In this document: one piece after another, positions 59,757-64,000 of the stretch
How positions within the stretch are numbered: position 1 is the first letter of the stretch
Layout of the letters: the number at the start of each line of letters is the position of its first letter
Assembly (NCBI GenBank): GCA_963762145.1
Contig: CAVXJS010000011.1
Coordinates: 899,621-963,620 of the forward strand
DNA length: 64,000 nucleotides
DNA from: an uncultured Candidatus Rokubacteria bacterium
Lineage (GTDB): Bacteria; Methylomirabilota; Methylomirabilia; Rokubacteriales; CSP1-6
Direction of reading: 5' to 3'
Position numbers and translations under genes: made by a program
The notes under the pieces: generated by a model
Seen by the model: only the letters and a program-made list of their open reading frames with translations
The model's database searches: none
What the model was told of the DNA's origin: nothing

Positions 59757-60641
59757 CTAGGGCTTGCCAGGCCGGCCGGCGCCAGCAGCGCGGATTGCCT
59801 TTCTAAGCTCCCAGCGCGTCCAGGCGGTGCGAAAGATGCTCTTGGGCCCGTGCGAGGTGAGCGCAACAACCTTGCCCGGCCTAGGTTGATCCCAGAAGAT
59901 CACTCCGCAGAAACGGAGACGCCAGCCGATGGCCCCGGTCGACTTCTTCTGGGTTAAGGCGATCTGCCAGAGGGCCGCCCCGCTCAGACCGCTAAAGCGG
60001 GACGGAACACCTGGCATCGTAGTCTTCGCTGGTGTAGTGAGATAGTCGTAAGCGCCTCGAAAGGTGCGGCGACATCTCCAGCCGAAGAACGCTGCTGCGT
60101 AGAGGTTAGCGACCACTCGCCCGGTATCGGCGGCTAGCGGATCCACCCAGCTGGCCCTACCTACGAGTCCCGTGGCGGCCCATACTGCCTTGGTCATCCG
60201 AAGGCGGGTTCTGAGAAAGAGTGACCGCTGTCGCGCCAGGTTCAGGAACGACTTGCGCGCTTGGATGGTCGGCACGAGGTGCAGCGGGATCTCGAGCAGC
60301 GCCAGGTCCGGGCCCCAGCGCGTGTAGCGCGGACCGCCGAGCCGCCTGGCCGTGAGAGCAATGTGGTCGCGCTCGAGCGGTAGCGGCGTCCCTTCCGCGG
60401 CAAGCCCAAGGCCGATCTGCTGCCACTTGGCGGAGTGGGACCAGACGTGATCAGCGGTGAGGATGTAATAGCGTCCGCCGACCTCGACGAGGGTCCCCGA
60501 ACCGACGAGCTTCACGATGGGCGGACGATCGTGCGTGGCTGGGGTGATGCCGAGCAATGGGACGAAGTACGCCTGGATCCCGAGACGGATCTCCTCGAGC
60601 AGGTCGTCCGATAACGTGTCGGTAGAGACCTCAGGACTCAA
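59757..60641 (-). CDS. Trypsin-like serine peptidase domain protein
   Basis: GSGTLV, ILTADHV (His), DLALLEI (Asp), FSGLSGAA (Ser). Confidence 0.65.
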   Translation of the reverse strand: MSPEVSTDTLSDDLLEEIRLGIQAYFVPLLGITPATHDRPPIVKLVGSGTLVEVGGRYYILTADHVWSHSAKWQQIGLGLAAEGTPLPLERDHIALTARRLGGPRYTRWGPDLALLEIPLHLVPTIQARKSFLNLARQRSLFLRTRLRMTKAVWAATGLVGRASWVDPLAADTGRVVANLYAAAFFGWRCRRTFRGAYDYLTTPAKTTMPGVPSRFSGLSGAALWQIALTQKKSTGAIGWRLRFCGVIFWDQPRPGKVVALTSHGPKSIFRTAWTRWELRKAIRAAGAGRPGKP

Positions 60642-60912
60642 CCGGGGGGACCCTCAATTCCGCTTCTACAGCGGTCTCGCGCTACCCTCGAATGAAGGGA
60701 TAGCGTACCGGCGGCGGCGAGTCAACAGGGAAGTCGGCCACCTCGCGCAACTCCCCGGCCTGACGCATCCGGCCAGCCGGGTCTACCACGGGCGCATAGG
60801 ACGGACAAGCGCTGCTCCCTCAGCGGCCCTCGCAGTGCGACGCGGGTGCGCGGAATGCAACCCCTGCGCCGTCCACCTGCCCGCTTTATCGGAGCGAAGG
60901 CAACCTTTCCGA

Positions 60913-61692
60913 TTACCAAACATAGTTGTCATCTCTTAGCACACCGGCCTTCTTTGCGAAGGCCAATTCCATCATCGCGAGAGTTCCGTCGCCTGGCCGG
61001 CGATTCAAGTCTGTAACGTCATATGGCTCATAATCGTGCGCCCGCATAAATGCGGTAATGGTCTGGAAGGATTGATCCGGCCAGAAATCGAATAGCGGTA
61101 CCTCCACGAAGAAGAGTTCTGCCGCACCCAGCAGCTTTTGGGCGCCCACCATCACCTTAAGATCGAACCCCTCGGCGTCTATCTTTACAATCTCCGGAAC
61201 AGGCAGGGCCGATTCCTCACAGATCGCATCGAGGGTCACAACGGGCACGACCCGCTGCTCCAGACCTTGTTCCACAGCATCAGCCTCGGAATATGTAAAG
61301 CTGCTGCTGTCGGAACGGGGCGCAATTGTGAACAACAGTTCTCCCTTAGCGGCCCCGGCCCCCGCAAGGATCCACCGAGCGTTCGCCTCGGAGCAGAATT
61401 GATCGAGGTAAGGTTTCATCTCTATCTGGGGTTCGATAAGCGTAAACGCACTCTCGGCAAATATCTTATGAGCGTCACGACTCCACTCTGCTTTATGTGC
61501 GCCCACGTCTAAGATGTGAGCAGGGCTGAAACCTTTTCGTGCGAGCTGCTTGAATAGTCTTAGTCGAAGTGAGCGAGCGCTCGGATTGCCCGTTTCGTTG
61601 AACTCATTTCCGAGCTGACTGTTTGTTGCCACAATCCTAGCGCCAAGGGGCGACAGAGCCCTGTTGATCATCCGTGCAATGAATGTTTTCAT
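60913..61692 (-). CDS. FkbM-family methyltransferase
   Basis: LDVGAHKAEW, VTLD, KIDAEGFD; visibly more AT-rich than the host. Confidence 0.88.
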   Translation of the reverse strand: MKTFIARMINRALSPLGARIVATNSQLGNEFNETGNPSARSLRLRLFKQLARKGFSPAHILDVGAHKAEWSRDAHKIFAESAFTLIEPQIEMKPYLDQFCSEANARWILAGAGAAKGELLFTIAPRSDSSSFTYSEADAVEQGLEQRVVPVVTLDAICEESALPVPEIVKIDAEGFDLKVMVGAQKLLGAAELFFVEVPLFDFWPDQSFQTITAFMRAHDYEPYDVTDLNRRPGDGTLAMMELAFAKKAGVLRDDNYVW

Positions 61693-61888
61693 CAGTTTGG
61701 TTGCATGGCGCCGATCCTAGTAATCGCATCATACACAGTGCACGGGAGAGAGGAGAGGCAACAGGGACGGCCGCCCGAGGCGGTCGCATCCTTCCTAGGG
61801 TGTCTCTGCATCTGCTAAATCCTCCGGCTAGACCAGTCCCGAGGGCGGCCCCTCCACTTCGGGCGAAGGTCGAACACCTCGCCCGCGT

Positions 61889-62500
61889 CTATTGACGGCA
61901 ATAGCCTTGCCCCTGGCATGGGCCGAGGTGGTGGGGCGATGAAGGGGTGGCAGTACTGGGCCTCCTGGGGCCGCACTGGCCTCGCACGATGGCCGGGCGG
62001 CCCTCGAAGAGACTCACCCGGAGGGGCACGAGCGGCCGGGTGGGCGGCGGTGGGCTGAGCCAGGCGTGGACGCGCTCCCAGAGGTCGACCATGAGCGGCC
62101 GCTCCCCGCGGGCGACCTTCCGCAGATTGCGCTCCGTGCTCCATCCCGGCCGCTTGCCGCCGCGGCGCCGCGAGGCGCGCAGCTGCGCGCGGGCCCATCC
62201 GGACGCCGCGGCGCCGTAGACCGCCCGGCGCGGCGACGGCGGGAGCTCGCAGCGCGCATCCGCCGGCACGCTGACCAGCCACGACGCCAGCACGAGCCGC
62301 TTGTTCACCACATCCGCGCCATCGGGATAGCGGGCAGACGGCGGGTTGCAGAGACGGTAGCGGCGGCGATCCCGGGGCCGCAGCTTAGCCTCCGGCGGGA
62401 GGGCGGCCGGATCCACTCCCCGCCGCGGGGGTGCGGCAGTTGGGGACGTGATGGGTAGGCTTCCCGGCCGCTCCCGTTGCGTGTGGGGCGGATTCGCCAT
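61889..62500 (-). CDS. Hypothetical protein with possible C-terminal XRE-like HTH
   Basis: STERNLRKVARGERPL...WERVHAWL. Confidence 0.4.
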   Translation of the reverse strand: MANPPHTQRERPGSLPITSPTAAPPRRGVDPAALPPEAKLRPRDRRRYRLCNPPSARYPDGADVVNKRLVLASWLVSVPADARCELPPSPRRAVYGAAASGWARAQLRASRRRGGKRPGWSTERNLRKVARGERPLMVDLWERVHAWLSPPPPTRPLVPLRVSLFEGRPAIVRGQCGPRRPSTATPSSPHHLGPCQGQGYCRQ

Positions 62501-62669
62501 CAGGTCCCCCACCCCACGCTGCGGGCGCCCGCCGGCGGCCCCACCTCGAGCATGGAATGCGTAAGTCGGCGTCACGTGGGCCGGTTGCGGGGGCTGGCCA
62601 ACGGAGGATTTTTTTGGAGCGGGGACCGAGCGGCTGCACGGTATCCCCGCCTCTTTTCCCATCGCGGGC

Positions 62670-62701
62670 GCGGAATGTCCCCAAAGCGGAATGTCCCCAA
62701 A
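62670..62701. repeat. Perfect 16-bp tandem repeat x2 (gcggaatgtccccaaa)
   Basis: Copies at 62670-62685 and 62686-62701. Confidence 0.85.
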
Positions 62702-62999
62702 GTGGGGCGCTCGGGCCGGGAGCTCGAGCTCACGGGCTCCGCCTCGCCAGGCCCGCAGAGTCGGTGGCAGGGATAGAGGCGTAAGTCTGTGCTACCACTA
62801 GGATCAAGCCAGGTGTCGGTCCATCCCCGAACGGGGTTGGTATACCTTCGGACGCAGCACCTCCTAGAGAGGAGCCGGCGCGCGCGTGATCCAGAAAGAG
62901 GCCCCGCGCTCCTCCAGCGTGACCACACCAGCGCAGCAATCGGGGCTCGCGGCGTCGGCCCCACCGAATGACATACGCCTTTCCTCCCGCCCTTGCTGC

Positions 63000-63344
63000 T
63001 CAGGGCGCCGGCTCCGTAGCTCGCGCCCTCATGCGCTTAGGTCCTCCCGTTCGTGGGGGGTATCGTGCCCAATCGAGCCAGTCGAGGGGGATACCATCGG
63101 CCTGGGCGACGGTCAGGGTGAACCGTCGGCGGTAGGCGGCGCGAAGCTCGGCGGTCGGGGCTACCAGTGGAGCCGAAGTGGCGCGGAGCACAGCGAGCAC
63201 GGCCGGCTTGGCGGCCAAGAGCTCGGCGCGGAGGTCTGGGGGCACGGCCCCGCGGGGGGCGAGCACGACGGTGTCACCGTCGGCCCGAATCGCGATGCCG
63301 AGGGCGCGGACGCGTTCCACGAGCGTCCGCGGGTCAGGGGTCAT
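63000..63344 (-). CDS. TubC-N-like small protein typical of phage/satellite replication modules
   Basis: LVERVRALGIAIRADGDTVVLAPRGAVPPDLRAELLAAKPAVLAVL; ATGA overlap with the upstream gene. Confidence 0.55.
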   Translation of the reverse strand: MTPDPRTLVERVRALGIAIRADGDTVVLAPRGAVPPDLRAELLAAKPAVLAVLRATSAPLVAPTAELRAAYRRRFTLTVAQADGIPLDWLDWARYPPRTGGPKRMRARATEPAP

Positions 63345-64000
63345 AGGCGGTCCTCACCGGGCTCGGACGTCTCTTTCAGACCAGGCTCGGCGGCCGAAAC
63401 CCTCCTATCAGAATCGCCGCCATTGATGCGGAGTTGCTGGGGCGCGGAATCTCGCCGCGGCCTAGGCATGCTGTCGGCGAAAATACTCCCCTCGCCAGAG
63501 CCCGTGGATACTGGGGATTCTCGCATGGGCATTTCGGCCGCCGTGCCCTCTTGAAATCCTCCATCCGGTACCACGGCGAGCGCGCGCCAGAGCTTCGGCC
63601 GGCCGGGTTTCGTCGCGTCTACCTGAGCAACCCAGAGCACCCCATCCTTGGCGGCCAGCAGTGCCCGCGCCTCGGCCCGGCTCAGGCGGTGCTCTGTTTT
63701 GAGGTACTGCTCCGCGACGGCCGAAGCCATAGGAACCGCAAGGACGCTCCGCAGAGCCACGGCGGCGGCCTCCAATCGAGCCGTCCGCTCCTGCGCTGCC
63801 GTCTCCGGGGCCTCCTGGCCAGCAGCCACAATGTCCTCGGTGCAGAGCCGGAACCCCCATGGCTCGGCGCCCAGGCTTAGCTCGTAGACGAAGGGATCGG
63901 GTTCCTCTCCGATCCGAAACTTGCTCGAGACGAACGCCAGTCGCAGAGGTCGAGAATCGGTGCGATCGCGCGCGCCGGCTTCGCACTGTCCTGCTCGCCC
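63341..64000 (-). CDS. C-terminal part of a putative phage/ICE-type primase-helicase-like protein (5' end outside window)
   Basis: Frame stays open to the window edge; coupled to the TubC-N-like ORF. Family assignment is inference. Confidence 0.4.
   Translation of the reverse strand, partial: GRAGQCEAGARDRTDSRPLRLAFVSSKFRIGEEPDPFVYELSLGAEPWGFRLCTEDIVAAGQEAPETAAQERTARLEAAAVALRSVLAVPMASAVAEQYLKTEHRLSRAEARALLAAKDGVLWVAQVDATKPGRPKLWRALAVVPDGGFQEGTAAEMPMRESPVSTGSGEGSIFADSMPRPRRDSAPQQLRINGGDSDRRVSAAEPGLKETSEPGEDRL

Larger units (their letters stand above)
54230..64000. mobile_element. Accessory/genomic-island-like region (boundaries approximate)
   Basis: Lower GC patches, long non-coding gaps, small orphan ORFs, surface-modification genes and phage-like replication genes at the right edge; no integrase inside the window. 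Confidence 0.5.

Noticed and set aside
62670-62701. CRISPR array
   Set aside because: Only two adjacent 16-bp copies without spacers, and no cas genes anywhere in the window.

Overview
This is a very GC-rich bacterial chromosome segment. Gene content and the small-protein families suggest Candidatus Rokubacteria/Methylomirabilota, which is an inference only. Many single-base indels break essential genes (guaA, dnaE, accA, miaB), so it reads like an imperfectly polished long-read assembly. 1-17.1 kb is an all-plus-strand run: valS(3')-birA-coaX, guaB3-guaA-dnaE (with an intein)-accA, then miaB-DUF151-GT4-hyp-paaK-paaA-like-secretin-like-C39-like. A clear 28-bp XerC/XerD dif site lies at 17491-17518, where gene orientation and KOPS-like octamer polarity switch, so the window probably contains the replication terminus. 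17.5-54 kb holds mixed metabolic and transport genes: two paralogous alpha/beta-hydrolase + LLM monooxygenase cassettes, ABC and TRAP transporters, an orphan ferredoxin reductase/Rieske chain, TauD, trpS and a SpoIIE-type phosphatase. 54-64 kb is an accessory, island-like region ending in a phage/satellite-like replication remnant. The strongest non-obvious signals are cis-regulatory: (i) a leaderless Trp-Trp-Trp leader peptide with two tandem terminator hairpins and an antiterminator upstream of trpS; (ii) tandem NrdR-like boxes 31 bp apart in the guaB3-guaA-dnaE promoter; (iii) a UNN-codon/PPP uORF coupled to miaB; (iv) widespread leaderless promoters. No rRNA, tRNA or CRISPR array was seen.
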